Shown here piece after piece: positions 50,470 to 64,000 of a stretch of 64,000 bases of DNA. A program made the translations under genes and the position numbers. The notes beneath the pieces are model-generated. The model worked only from the letters and a program-made list of their open reading frames with translations, had not been told where the DNA came from and did no database searches. The stretch is taken from positions 25,420,001 through 25,484,000 of the forward strand of contig CM074514.1 in NCBI GenBank assembly GCA_037379345.1, written 5' to 3'. The stretch comes from Perna viridis (lineage: Eukaryota). Position 1 is the first letter of the stretch. Every line of letters starts with the position of its first letter.

Positions 50470-53286
50470 TCTGTCATATGTCCTTTTTAAAAGTATCGCA
50501 TTATTTATCATTTTTATTTTTCATGATTTCTTCAAACAAAAAAAGAAACGAGGGTATACATGCAATGAAGCATTAATTACATATACTCACAAGATAAGTC
50601 ACAATTTTCTGAACGGAGTAGGGAAACACACTAAAGGCGCAACCAATATTTTATTTATATTTATAATTTCTGACTCGACTCCCTTTTTCCCTTTTTCCCA
50701 GTCCTTTTAAGACATATGACCCAAGTACCCTGATCCTAATATCAAATGGTATTATCTTTTCCAGACATGGATCACGTATTTATCTATAACTTCCAATAAA
50801 CAATGTTTTAAATGACTTTTATTTTTACAACCTATGATATAGCAGACGTCCATGTAGGTCCTTCGTCTTTCTCTTATAAAACATCCAACTTTTTAAGTTA
50901 CTTCAATATTTAGGATTTCACAGTTTCATTTTTTACGTGATATGCACATTAAAGCGAAAAGAGTCCCCTAAAAGACAAACATTTTGATCCGTCACTGAAT
51001 GTAAATCACTGACAGACTCCTACTTCAGCTAGCGACCCTACAAATACTTCGACTGACACAGGGTAAGCCATTATCAAGCAATATTATGTATGTTTTACAT
51101 TTTATATTTTTAAATTGTATACATAGCACATACATATCATTTTTCCTATATCATTCCGAGGTATAATCAGAGCTATCGGAATGTTTGTTTTAAATTGATA
51201 GGCACTTTAAATCAAGATTAAAATAACTCCTGTCTAATATTTTTATTAGGGATAAACAATTTGTCGAGTCATGATAAATTGTATATAGTCCAAGTTAAAT
51301 TGTAGTAGTTCATATTATATAATACACAAATATACTAAAACGTAGAATGATAGCTTTCAACAAACTGCAGGCCTTGGTATACCATTTGATTACTTATATG
51401 TAGTACAGATTCAAATCTTTTCTTCTAAAGACAAAAATAAGGATAACAAAAATGTACTTTAACGTATCAATTAACAAGTCAAGCCTCTGACACGATGTTG
51501 AGACTCCCGGAGCGGGTATCCGGGTACATCTAATAAACCTCTGCTTTGGGTGGTGTGGTCTAAGCTTAAATTACTGTAGCTTTACTAGTACGTTTCTAAT
51601 TAGTAGAGAACTATATTCGTTCTACAGCTTCAGCTTCTACACAGAAGTTAATTTCTCCTTTAACTAAATTGAGTATGAATGGAAAGCATTTGAAGCTTAC
51701 TGCCGTCAATGGTTAGTGCAAATAACAGAAGAGGATCTGAGACTACAATTGCACATATATAGCACTATCCCATAAATAAATCCCGGTTCTTCAATTTTAT
51801 GCTTTGCATCACACAAATAAATTTTGCAGTCAAAGTTTTCATAACTGATTAAAGCAACGGGTAACCATGAGGGCAAAATCCGAAAAACAAATCGCAAAAT
51901 TGTAATGATTACAAGTCACTACTTTATCCTCATTATATTCTATTACATAGAACCTGCGAGTACTTGTATGTTTCTTTTTATGTGAACTGAATTCTATGAT
52001 CATAGCGTGATGTTATTTTTTTGTATGCACTGAGTTGGGCATTTGCATTTTTCTTGAGTTGTCAATGTAACCAAGTAAGATAGAAGCGCCCATAAAATTG
52101 CATGATAAACGAACGATGAGGGGTGCAGATTCGGGTTAATTTTCACCCTGCAGTCATAATTTCTAACACTTACTGTAATATAGACAGCCGGGTATTTACT
52201 CGCGCTGATCCAAGGACACGCCCACCTCTGAAGAAACCTCAATTATGCAAAGAGTCAACACATCAATTTTGACTGTCGACCTAATAATTGCGTAATTTTA
52301 AAAAGAAATATGTGAGTGCGTAAGGTTTGTTTATTTTCCTTATTTGAGCAGGTTGGTTTTTTGGATTTTTGTTATTGAATTATAAGTAAAGGTTGTATAA
52401 TAAGTATCTTAACAGCCATTAGCAGTAAACCAACACTTAAATTCTAGACCAATGTTCAATTAATGCTCCTTTTACATGTCCTATACCTTTCTAAATGCAC
52501 ATTTTTCAAATAAGATATAATAACAACATGATATCTTTGATTTTTAAAGACTTAAAAAAAAAGAAACGATATATATAGCCTCAATGATAATTGAGCACTC
52601 ACGGTATACCTAGAATAGTTGGAATACATATTAAATACTTGACGTACACATGGGTTTCAACACTATTGTGGTTTAAACGAATTAGTTGTACAAAGTCCAT
52701 TTTAGTTTGGTGAAATGAAACTGTGCACATAGAACTACATGTTAAAATCATCCATGCATTCATCGAGTACAACAGATAAGAAAAGCGGTTGTGACGTTAT
52801 TTTCATAAAAACCTTAATGCTATTGTAGATTACAACGATTATACTCCATTACCATGACCCTCCCTCCCAAACACGCAAAAAAAACCAAAACAAAACTGAA
52901 AAAAAAACAAACACAACAAGCACAAGCACAAAAACAGCAAGTTTTGACTATGGAGGTTTTGGGCAAAGATTTCAGAGAAGTCAGTCTTGCAGCTAGCTTT
53001 GAAAATAGAATAATTAAAATGACCGAGTCAGATTGTAAACTTTTTTACCTTCTTAAATAAATGCAGCGGAAAAAGGCATCTTATGGCATGCGTTTTGATG
53101 ATTCATTATATTGATTTTTTTAACGTTGATTTTGCAACTTAATTGACAAGTTCGTGAATTTTGTATAGGCATTTCCTCTAATAATGATTAGTGAATTCTC
53201 AATTTTATTACTTGTCTTTTCATTCCAACGATGATGATGTCGAATGCATCTTAGGTATATGACCAATTAAGATACATATCGAATAT

Positions 53287-53634
53287 TATGCCATTCAAAG
53301 TTAATGCCTTGGTCCTCAGGTCACTTCAGTTTAGAACCAGCACTGGATGGATACATTTCTTTTTGGTTATTTATTGCCATCAAATATAATGTAGGATTTC
53401 TTGGCCATCATCCTTGTTACGTCATAGAAAGCCCCGTTTCACATTATGATATCCATATCTATACAATTACAACAAACAAAACCATCTTCTTCGGCATTTG
53501 TATAATTATAAACAATACAAAAAGCACCCGCATTGTGTTTGATGGCAATAAATAGGCAAAAAGAAATGCATCCTTCCCATGTTGGTTACTCCGGAAATGA
53601 CCAGAGGACCCAGGCGTTATCTTTGAATGGCATA
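53287..53634. mobile_element. MITE with ~44-bp imperfect TIRs
   Basis: Left end TATGCCATTCAAAGTTAATGCCTTGGTCCTCAGGTCA; reverse complement of the right end TATGCCATTCAAAGATAACGCCTGGGTCCTCTGGTCA. Confidence 0.8.
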
Positions 53635-54882
53635 AATGTTGGAAAATTCATTTTTGCCGTAAGCATCCAAAATTTCGTAAAGAGGTAATGTTAAATCATG
53701 CAGGAACTAAATGCTACTTTCCGCGGGAAACATCGTTTTTAGGAAAGACGACAAAGACGTAAATAAAACAGTGCATGAACATAACATTCTGTTTCGTTAT
53801 TCATGAAATCAAGGGAATACAACAGAAACAGCATTATTTGAGAATCCCAGATCTTCAGTCAACGATGGAAAAAATAATTTTTACAAGAAAACAGAATATA
53901 AATGATGAAATATGCATCATTATTTCAATAATAAGACATTTCCTGGATACGGTTAAGTCAGACATGCTAATTGATAGCGTCTTTAATTTAGTTGAGCTGT
54001 CAAATCTAATCCTGTATGTATTTTATCTTACCTTATATTTTTTACATGATTAAATTTCCGGATTCATATCACCAGCGTAAAAAGTTTCTTAGCCATTGCG
54101 TTAAATTAAATGTCCGAACCTAAACATTACGTACACATACTTAAGTTAAACTACTCCACTTCAACAGATAAACGTTTTTTATCTCAAAAAAATTTGAAAT
54201 ATTCCTCAAGGAATTATTACATAAGAAATCTGTTTTGGAGTACTAAATAGAACACCACGAAGGATTCCGATAACAACAATGTCAATGGTGAAGTGCACGA
54301 ACACTAGCAACAGTAACACAACACTTGTTATAAAAAAATCTCTCGAAAAATAAAACCTTGATTTGTCTTCCAACACAAAATTCTTTAAAATGATAAAATA
54401 TTAAAATGTGATCTATTTAAGTCTGTTATTTAAAGGAAACACTTTCACAGTTAAATCACAATAATTTGTTGTCCAAATATTTTAACTATTCGCGAAGTTG
54501 AAATTTAGATATATTTTACAAAGCTGTGCAAATACACAAATTTCTAATATGGCTAATGCGACAGTTTTCTGTTTGTTTTCCAGATTTAAAACAGGGCGAT
54601 GTAAGTGAAATATATAAATATTAAACCCAATCGAAACGTACATTTCACAATGTGTATAACTCCATATCAACATGAATGAAACAATTTGTCGTCTTTTTAA
54701 CATTCTATCTTACATGGATATATGCGAGAACAAAAAATACAAAATAGAGAAAACTGAATAAAGAAACCCTAACAAAATATACGAGTTAGATGAAATAATC
54801 TAAAAAGAAACCGAATTACCATTCCCTAGAACGACAACACAGTAAGAACAACACTAGAAACAAGAAAATCAAAACAATATTA

Positions 54883-55091
54883 GGCCAAAAAAATAATGTC
54901 TTTTTCTTGTTTCCCTACCTACCCTAGCTCTTTGTGCATGTCCTAAACGTTTTATGGCATTTTGCATCGTTATAGTCTAGATTATCTCGCCATTAATTCA
55001 GTGTAAAATGTTTTTGAAAAAATAAAATAATTTTCCTACCTACCTTTACTTTCTTGGTGGTAGCAGGAAACAAGACTTCGAATTTTTGGCC
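54883..55091. mobile_element. PIF/Harbinger-type MITE
   Basis: TIR GGCCAAAAA / TTTTTGGCC, TTA TSD on both sides, internal CCTACCTACC motifs. Confidence 0.75.
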
Positions 55092-56077
55092 TTATTATAG
55101 ATGATTTACAAACCCCTTATATCAAAGGGTTGGACCAGTGGTAACAGACATGAAATAAATTAACTCAATTTAAATGTAATAGAAGCAAAGGGAAGCTCTG
55201 AACAACTACCAGTAGTAACGTGTTTAAAATGTGCAACGTTTTCCCCTCATCTTTTGTCATTTATCATGAATTATACATGAAAGGAAAATCATACCAACTT
55301 GTACAGAACTTGTGTATTTTTGTCTTATGTATGTTTATTTCCTTGTAGTTCAATAGTGTGACCAATATATACGTTTGGTAAAGCTTAATCAAACATAGAT
55401 ATGAAAGCGAATATTTAATAAATTGTCTAAAATAAGTCGTTAAAATGTTGTATTAGCGTTGTTATTTTCACTTTACGATACAGTGCAACAGGGGAACTTT
55501 TTAGAGTATCAGTTATGGCCATCTTTAACCGACATGCCCAAAATCTTACTTCCTTATCCGAGTGAATTTAAACATGACATTATTTCACGTCATGTTCAAC
55601 ACTTTGTAAATGGTGTTGACGGAATAGTTTGATATAATGTTAGAATTCATTATAATTAGGTGAGGTTTCGGGTGTGAGATAGAGGAACAAGTTCGTCAAA
55701 CTCTTAAATAACTGCGGTTATGTTAAATGACCTAGTTGTTAGTGTTCTAAATGGTACAAATACGATATGCTCTAAAATCGGGTGACTTCCGCTAAAATCC
55801 TGGTTCCCTTGATATTATTGCCTACTCTTTCGTAACCGTTATGACAAGAATGTTTTCTATCATCTAGAACAAAATAACAACAGTCAATGGCTATAAACAG
55901 ATATCGATGTCCTGAATATATATATTTGTTGTGACATGCATCGTTAATTTGATCCTCTATCCTACATAATAACACCTAGATGAACTGTCCCGTACTACCA
56001 TATATCGTGTACTTACAGCCCTAGATTAATCCTACGAGGAGGAATCACCCGGCCAGCAAAAGCTATATTTTTATGTA

Positions 56078-56230
56078 GTCTAGCTGTCCGAGTGGTCTAG
56101 GGCGCTGGACTTAGTGCAGGCGGTGTTGCCATGGATGTCACAGCGGTACGAGTTCGAGTCCCGCGGAGGGAACGACAGAAATTTGCTTCGCAAATTTGAC
56201 AGTTCTAACATCGTTGGGAATTTTTCAGAC
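56078..56230 (+). mobile_element. tRNA-derived SINE
   Basis: Pol III A-box-like TGTCCGAGTGGTCTAGG and B-box GAGTTCGAGTCC (56150-56161), then the hairpin AAATTTGC-TTC-GCAAATTT. No closing acceptor stem. Confidence 0.7.
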
Positions 56231-56346
56231 CCTTTTATAAGTTTACGTTATCTTCCCTGTATCAATTTGATCCGATGGAGCAGTGTAGTGAATAGAGTCG
56301 TCACATTCTGAGACGTTGTATATATATATGATCTTTATATAACAAA

Positions 56347-56745
56347 TTGTAACGAACGTCTTTGTTTGAATCGGAAACTGGGTAATATATTACATACATT
56401 CAATACCAAACGATAATTTTATCTTTTAATGTAAACTTCCCGTTCTAATACAAGCAAAATGCTCGAATAGACATGCGTATGGTATTTTTTAAAGTACGTT
56501 GTAGCGATCTTTGGGTCGCTTATGATATTGACCAGGGAACCAGTTTAGGAACCAGATTAAGCAGGTGGTGATGAATATTCATTAATATTGGGGCGTTCTA
56601 ATGTATGTGACCTTCATAGTCTTGTAACGAGTCTCAGTGCTTGAATCGGAAACTGGGTAATGTTCAAAGCTAACCGATCATTTCATGTAAACTTTCCGTT
56701 CTCGTACAAGCAAGAAACACGCGTAGAACATATGTGTATGATACT
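56347..56745. repeat. Pair of diverged ~130-bp direct repeats
   Basis: TTGTAACGA..TTGAATCGGAAACTGGGTAAT..ATGTAAACTT.CCGTTCT..TACAAGCAA starts at both 56347 and 56622. Confidence 0.75.
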
Positions 56746-59700
56746 TAAGAGGTACCCTTTTTTTTTATCTCGTATGAAGCTAGAACCATGATGCTGTGGC
56801 GGTAAACACGGCGAGGATCTGCAGCATTGTGTGGCGTATAACTACATGCAAATCATAATGCGATTATTAAGTACTGAAATTACGAGTGCAAACAATATTT
56901 GCGACTTAAAAACCATAAAAATTTGGACATTTGGGTGAAATATCAAACTGAAAAGGGGAATTTTAAAATGTCATGATTTAAGTTGTGACGTGGTCAACCA
57001 AAATCATGTGTATCATATTCAATTTCATCAAAGCTTATCAAGCTTTCATTTAAAACAATGAAATCAGTTCAAGTTACTTTGATGCTTACATGAGATTGAT
57101 GTTAAAAGCTAAATACACACTTTCCAATAATTTGTAAGAGTTGTGTCCCTTACCCTAAGTCTACCTCCTTAATCAATGAAAAAAATCATCAAGGGCACAG
57201 CAGAGAAAAAAAGAATGATGATATGCAAATAACACAGTCATAATCTTTTAAATAAAAATCGCAGTGACTAGCAAAACAATGTAATATTATAAAAAATATT
57301 CAACCGTAAAGTTAACTAAAAAGGTGCATATGTAATAATTACAAATTTGTGAATTTTTCTGCAATAATTATTCGTCTACGAATAGGACGAAATAATTATA
57401 AAACATGGCTTTCGCGTTAACAAGATTTATATGTGTGAATAACGTTAGCTATGTTCCCATATGTAGATACGTTCATTTTGATTGATAAAAGTACTGTTGA
57501 CAAAAAATTAAAACGATTTTAGATAATTATGGTGCAATTCTTCTTATACTTCCAATCTCATCAACAGATATAATAACTGCTTCTTTTACTTTGTATCATG
57601 CACAATGCTGGCGTAATTCAGAATATAAAACAATTACAAGGCTTGAGCAACTGAGCAATGATATTACTGAGTACGACAGAGCTGCAAAGGGTGCAGTATC
57701 AGGTTGGAAATAGGTCATAAAAAAAATCTAAAGATGGAGTTTTATGATTTTAGACTCTGCCTATGATGGACGAAGCTGTATAAACGACTTTTGTTGATGC
57801 CATATCATGTTTTTTGTGGTTGGTGTCTCGATCAACAGGGGGAGGTGAGACTTTCTAAAACATCAGCTCAGCGCTGACAGAAACATTTTGAGACATTCAT
57901 GTTCTGGACACCCTGCATATATTGGACGTCCTTCTTTTGATTCTTGTGCAGCTGTTTGCTATAGTATATACCATGTTGTTAAGTCTTTAGATATGTACGC
58001 ATGTTAAACGGAATATTTGAATTATTAGTTTAACGAATTTTGTGGTTTCCAATATTTTTTAAACGCTTTGCCTTTTTTGTATTCATTTCAACTCTTCACT
58101 TAAAAAGAATGATCAAAAATAACATTATCAATAGAACCTCTATTAAGTCGTTTTGACGACAGAAAAAAAAACAATATACTTACATGTCTCTCTTTTTGGA
58201 GACACGTTTGACGTCCGTAATGATATTCATTGTTTACACAAGTCTAACCACAACCAAATTAAACAAACTATATTGATGAGACAATGCAACGACTAGTTTA
58301 ACAACATCCCTTTTTACACACATCCTACCATCCATACTTGTTGCTTTTTCACCACAAGTACATAGCTGTACTTTTACTACCTAAAAAATAGTTATTATTT
58401 TTGTGGTATTATTTCTTACCAGCCAACATTTTTGATGCAGTGATGGTTATAGAAAAAAACTTCCCATTAATTAACGTGATTTAAATCTAGAAATACAATT
58501 AAGTTTAAAGTAATGATAGTTAAGTTATTTACGTTTTTCTTTATAGGTTAAAGTCAAACATAAAAACTAGTTCTCATAATTTTAAATGATACAAATTGCA
58601 ACAATGTTCTAAACACAATATAGGTATGACTCTACAAATCTTGCCATCAAATCAAACACGGTATTACAATAAAACATAATTCTTAAGATGTATCTAATTA
58701 GTTTTGATAATTAAATTATAAGGATGTAGATGTTTTTAACTTTTTTATGTTGAAAGGTGCTCCTAAATGATCTATTGTCACTTCCTGATTTTTGTCTGAT
58801 CATCAAAAGTATTCGTTACTTTATTTATTTGTCCTAATGTACAAGTCCTTGTAAGGATCAGGTAAAATACGCGTGTAAAACCACACCCACCAGGAGTATA
58901 TTTTTTAAAATCGAAATTGTCTTCCAATTTTGAAATCAATACTGTTCCACAACGAATTTTCAATTTGCTATGTAATTTACAATTTATCTAACATACAATA
59001 AAGATGAGACAAGTCTGGTAATTAATTCTTAGTTCTAATGGAACAAATAATAAAATTACACTATTAATTTAGTGGGATTTTAGACCATATTGCACATGCT
59101 TCGTCCTTACAAAGACCCGTATTTAAAAAATAAAAGGGCTAAACACATGGTCTGTAATAAAATCTTTAATGAAGGAAACTGTTAACGTCAGTAATTGACC
59201 AAGATTTAAGTCATTAAAATAATCTAAATCGGCGATGCACAAATAGGCAAAATGTCAGACATGTAGGTAGAACGAGCGGAAAATTGTAGCAGTGAATTGT
59301 ACAAGATGTAGAAGGCTTTTTTATTCAACCAGCAGTAATTTCAAAAGAGAAACAGCAGCGATGTAAGTCAAAACTGTATTTTCATGTTTTTCGTGAAAAC
59401 CAAAATTATTTAGCGCTGTTTATTGGTATAATTCAATATACTTCAGTGGTCTTTGATATTACTACATATTTGTTTATTTCTGAGACCCCACTTGTCCAAT
59501 CGGTTTCCTTGGTAACAGAAAATTACTCTCAAGTTCATAGATAATAACAAGCAATTAGTATCAAACAAATAATACACACTGAATAAAAGATTTCATCTTT
59601 TCTAGTAACAGAAAATAAACTGATCATGTGATGGCCGACTAGCTCCTAACTAATAAAATGAATACTTTTTTTTAAATACAATAATCATACTTCATCGTTG

Positions 59701-60772
59701 AACATTGTGCATCCTTTCTACAACTTCATCAACTAACTCAACCGAGTTCTTTCTTGAAAAAAAAAACTATAGTCAATTGACATTAAGTCAGTTTCAGTGA
59801 AGGAGAGCAATGTCGTTCAACACGTTTTTTGATCTGTTGCCTTAGGTACAATAAAAATTGAACTGTATCCATGACAACATGACAACATGTATGACAACTT
59901 ACAAGATTTGTATAAAGTTTGATTGGTTGAGATTGGTTCAGATTAGTTGAAAACTCCAACTTGTCTTTCCAAGGAAATTAGAACATGGGTCATTGAGTCA
60001 TTTCATATGGTGGATTCCGCGACTTTCTCAAAATAAACAAACGACAGAGACATTTTCCATATTGTTAAGAATGATATGCCACAAAGCTTTTCAAATACAC
60101 CAAGGGACTTTTTAGTTGGATTCAATTTAGTTTTTACTATTGAAAATGAAATGTAACTAAAATTTATTATCCCGGAAGCCAATATTACAAATGGTTATTA
60201 ATGTTTTTTGAAATTTCATTTATTTTCTGCAGAATTTGAACTTGACTGTGTGAGTCAGTCATATAACGAAAAAAAGTATATTTTATTTATGGGCAATATA
60301 TATCGTTTAACAAAGCATTTTCTAAATGGAGTTATTGTCATTAAAATATATTATGAAGAAATAAATCTTAAAATCTTTCAATTTAGTCAAAACATATTTC
60401 AGCGTATTTTATTTCAAAGTGATTAGTTTTTCAGACGTTGTGAGAAAATACGAAGATGTTTAAACAAAATCATGACCAAAAAAAAAGAAACTATTCAAGA
60501 TATTTTATTACATGAAGCTTTGCATTGCGTAGATTCCTTTGCTCTTTTGAACTTTATGGTAATGTTAAAATGAAGATGACTTTATATGAAATATCGTTTT
60601 TCATTTTTCTATATTGATTAAGTATTGTTCTGCCTAAAAACCAGGCAGGGGGGATTCATCATATCTTAAGATAAAAAATGAAACTGTTGAATACATTTTC
60701 ATTAAAAAAATGAAAATAAACTCCTATTATGTTCGTGTCCTTGGATCTGCTACTTATCGTGAATAATTTTTT

Positions 60773-61147
60773 GACTGGTTCTATTGTAAAAATTCTGACG
60801 GGAAGTTTCCCTGTACTTTTTTTCTGTAGTAGATCATAACCAAAATTTAAGTGTTAATATCTCGAGTGGGAAAATTTCATTTGCACTTTTATTTTGAATA
60901 CAGTTTCAATGAGGCCTACTGAAGGATTTCCGATAAAAAAAAGTATTTGGATTTTCCTATATATCTTTAAATATTATTGGACTGGTTATAGTGAAAAATG
61001 TTCTGGTGTGAAATTATCCCATTTTTTCTGTAGTAGAACATAACAAAATGTTAAGTTTTAATATCTCCAGTGGACTACTTTTATTAGCACTTATATTTCT
61101 TAATGCAGTTTCTATAGGGCCTACAGAAAGATTTGCAATAAAAAAAT
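60773..61147. repeat. Diverged tandem repeat, period about 207 bp
   Basis: GACTGGTT..TTTTTTCTGTAGTAGA.CATAAC..TTAATATCTC.AGTGG..GGCCTAC.GAA.GATTT starts at both 60773 and 60980. Confidence 0.7.
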
Positions 61148-61899
61148 GTGTGGTTTTGAGAATTGCATGAATCATCTTTTATAGCATCTGCCTGTTTTTA
61201 ATGCAGAGCTGTACTTAAGTGTCAGTCTCTGTAAGAATCAAGCAATGGTTGAGACATGATAAAAACTATCATTTTGATACTGTCATTTGACTATTTGCAC
61301 CACCAGAATCAAGAAAAAATACCAAAAAAACCCAATATTTTCCATATCATGTTGGTACATTGAATCGTAATTTCATTGAAATGCACTGAAAATGAACATT
61401 TCAAGGACAGATAACTCTGTCAAAAACTTCATTTTTCTAACATTCTATTGAAAAAATTCAGTGATGCAGAAATTTAATAATAGTTTTTTTTTCAAGTAGA
61501 GAAAGTATCCTTGAGTGATATAATAATGTCAGATCGGTGGGGTTTTGACATGCATGTTTATGAATTGTCCCATTTGCCTGTTTCTTATAAGCACTTACAC
61601 TTAAGAGTTACTTCTTGAGCATTTAGACATTACATCAAACAGATTTTATTATAACAAGATAGGCATCAATTTTTGTTTAAATGAATTATGGTAAAAATTT
61701 TCGTTAAAAATTCGTGTCAAGAAGGTTACAATTATAAAGTTCATACATCGATTGATTTGATGGATTGAATGGTTGACTGGAGTTCGTCCTTTTTTCAGTG
61801 TGTACTTACTTTTGTAGTTCTTTTATTTTGTAGGATTGGTTCTTCATACGTTTCCTGTTGGTATTCCCGGTATAGTCTTATCGAATCTACTTTTGTTGC

Positions 61900-62975
61900 T
61901 CCTGGTGTTGTCTGATCCAAGGATTTCCTTTGTTTTTACATTCAGTTTTTCCGGTGTGTCTGATCCAAGGATTTTTCCTCATTTGTACCATCGGTGTTTC
62001 CTGTGTTATGCAAAGATTTCCTCTTGTTTGTACCTTCAGTATTCCCGGAGTTATCTCCTTGTTTGTACCTTAGTTTTTTTTTCAGGAATTATCTGATCCA
62101 AGGATTTCCCCTTGTTTGTACCTTCCATATTCACGGTGTTGTTTGATCCAAGATTTGCATTTGTTTGAACCTTCATTGTTCTCGGAGTTGCCTGATCCAA
62201 GGATTTTCCTTTGTTTGTACCCTAGTGTTTACGGTATTGTCTTATATAATGATTTTCCCTTGTTTGTTTACCCTCGGTGTTCACAGGGTTGTCTGATCCA
62301 AGGATTTCCCCATGTTTGTACCGTTAGTGTTACCGAAGTTGTCTGATCCAAGGATTTCCCCTTATTTGTACCTTCAGTGTTCCCGGAGTTATCTCCTAGT
62401 TTGTACCTTAGTTTTCCCGGAATTATCCGATCCAAGAATTTCCCCTTGTTTGTACCTTCAGTGTTCCCGGAGTTGTCTGATCCAAGGTTTCCCCTTGTTT
62501 GTACCCCAGCGTTTACGGTATTGTCTTATCTAATGATTTTCCTTGTCTGTTTACCATCGGTGTTCACGGTGTTGTCTGATTGAAGGATTTTCCCATGTTT
62601 GTACCGTCAGTGTTCCTGGAGTTTGTAACTTAGATTTCCCGGAATTATCTGATCCAAGGATTTCCCCTTATTTGTACCTTCCATATTCACGGTGTTGTTT
62701 GATCCCAGATTTGCATTTGTTTGAACCTTCGGTGTTCTCGGTGTTGTCTGATCTAAGGAGTTTCCTTTGTTTGTACCCTAGTGTTTACGGTATTGTCTTA
62801 TATAATGATTTTCCCTTGTTTGTTTACCATCGGTGTTCATGGTGTTGTCTGATCCAAGGATTTCCCCTTGTTTGTACCATCAGTGTTCCCAGTGTGGTCT
62901 CTTCCAAGGATTTTTCCTCATTTGTACCTTCCATATTTACGGAGTTTAATTCTTATCTAAGGTTTTTCCTTGTGT
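61900..62975. repeat. ~50-bp minisatellite with higher-order structure
   Basis: Unit approximately GTTGTCTGATCCAAGGATTTCCCCTTGTTTGTACCTTCAGTGTTCCCGGA, about 20 copies. A multi-unit block starting at 62085 recurs at 62641. Confidence 0.92.
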
Positions 62976-64000
62976 GTAGCTTAGGTACTGCTCTTGTTAA
63001 TTGATTTTAAAGATGCAGCATTTTTTAACAAGAGAGTTATCTACGATACATATCATAATTAACTATTCATAATTCACGTCCTTTAATGGACTCCGCATTG
63101 CTCATTGAGTTAATGTTTATTTTGTAGACAAAGACTTTAAAATGGATAGTCATTGCTTCTATGCTTCTATGGCATGGAAGAGATGCCGTGATTAATAGTT
63201 TGGTCGAAGTCAGAATAATAATTCTGTCCGAATTTGTTGTCTATCTGTGTATCAGTATTTTTCCTTTGTTAACTAAATAAAAATCTGACTCAGCCTGTCG
63301 GACTAGTACAAAGCACGGTCTTTTCGATTGTTCAAACATTCTCTGAAATGCATGATATATCGCCAACAAAGTTGCCTGAAAAATACTGAAAGTCACAAGA
63401 TTATGTTAATGGATAGTTTTGCTTTATATTTATTTATATATTTTGCTGTTGTTATTTTTGGGATGGGGTCCATTTTTTTCTTTTCTCTTTCTTTTTTTCA
63501 ATTATTTTTTTTGGGTATTTTTGTTTTTTGTTTGTTTTTTGTCTTTTGTTCAAGTTTCTTATTTGAATGATGTAATGCTATCAGCAATCTAAATAAAAGA
63601 AGCTCTTTTATTGCAATATGCATGGCAAAAGAATTCGAGAGAATTGCGAAATGCAACTATTTCTTTGCAAGCAATGCTTTATTCTAAAATGCTTCGCTCG
63701 GTACAAGACTATATATCATCAAATGCGAAGTACAATAAATCATAAAATTTTAATCAATTTGCACCGATTACCAGAATCGGCTATAGAAATCAGTTATGAC
63801 TCACTTAGATATTTGTCTCCGAATTATTCCCAAACCCTTAAAATCGTGACAGATTCCCCAACAATAATGGTATATTTCAGCTTCACTTAAATTAATTCTG
63901 AATTTATTTCTAGACATAGCTACACTTCTGTACAAAATATTCTAAGAATCCTATATTAGGACCGTAATCAGACTTTATTAGATATTTATTCGTTCTTTCA

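Noticed and set aside
56078-56165. Functional tRNA gene
   Set aside because: The A and B boxes are present, but I cannot form an acceptor stem or cloverleaf, and the sequence continues into a SINE-like body.
61836-63004. Overlapping ORFs of up to 153 aa
   Set aside because: They are translations of the 50-bp minisatellite in shifting frames.

Overview
Eukaryotic, AT-rich invertebrate genomic DNA; the repeat content looks like a bivalve mollusc (inference). There are no prokaryotic features and no CRISPR array. Two protein-coding genes are supportable, both on the minus strand. One is a single-coding-exon BTB-BTB-BACK-Kelch gene (2920-4971). The other is a three-coding-exon NDNF/Nord orthologue (32183-31954, 26007-25883, 23646-22274) whose splice phases join cleanly into a 575-aa secreted protein. 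The rest is intron or intergenic DNA with Penelope-like retroelement fragments, SINEs, Helentron-type elements, MITEs, a foldback element, a ~6.7-kb 33-bp satellite domain and a 50-bp minisatellite. The best lead is a near-complete type I hammerhead ribozyme (21610-21567, minus) with a decayed second copy 327 nt away, a retrozyme-like arrangement. It lies in sense orientation about 660 nt after the NDNF stop codon and upstream of the first canonical poly(A) signal. The second lead is a SINE-like family whose head is not tRNA-derived and can be reconstructed as an H-type pseudoknot followed by a hairpin stack. Most short ORFs in the supplied track are spurious. All calls were made by eye, without database searches.
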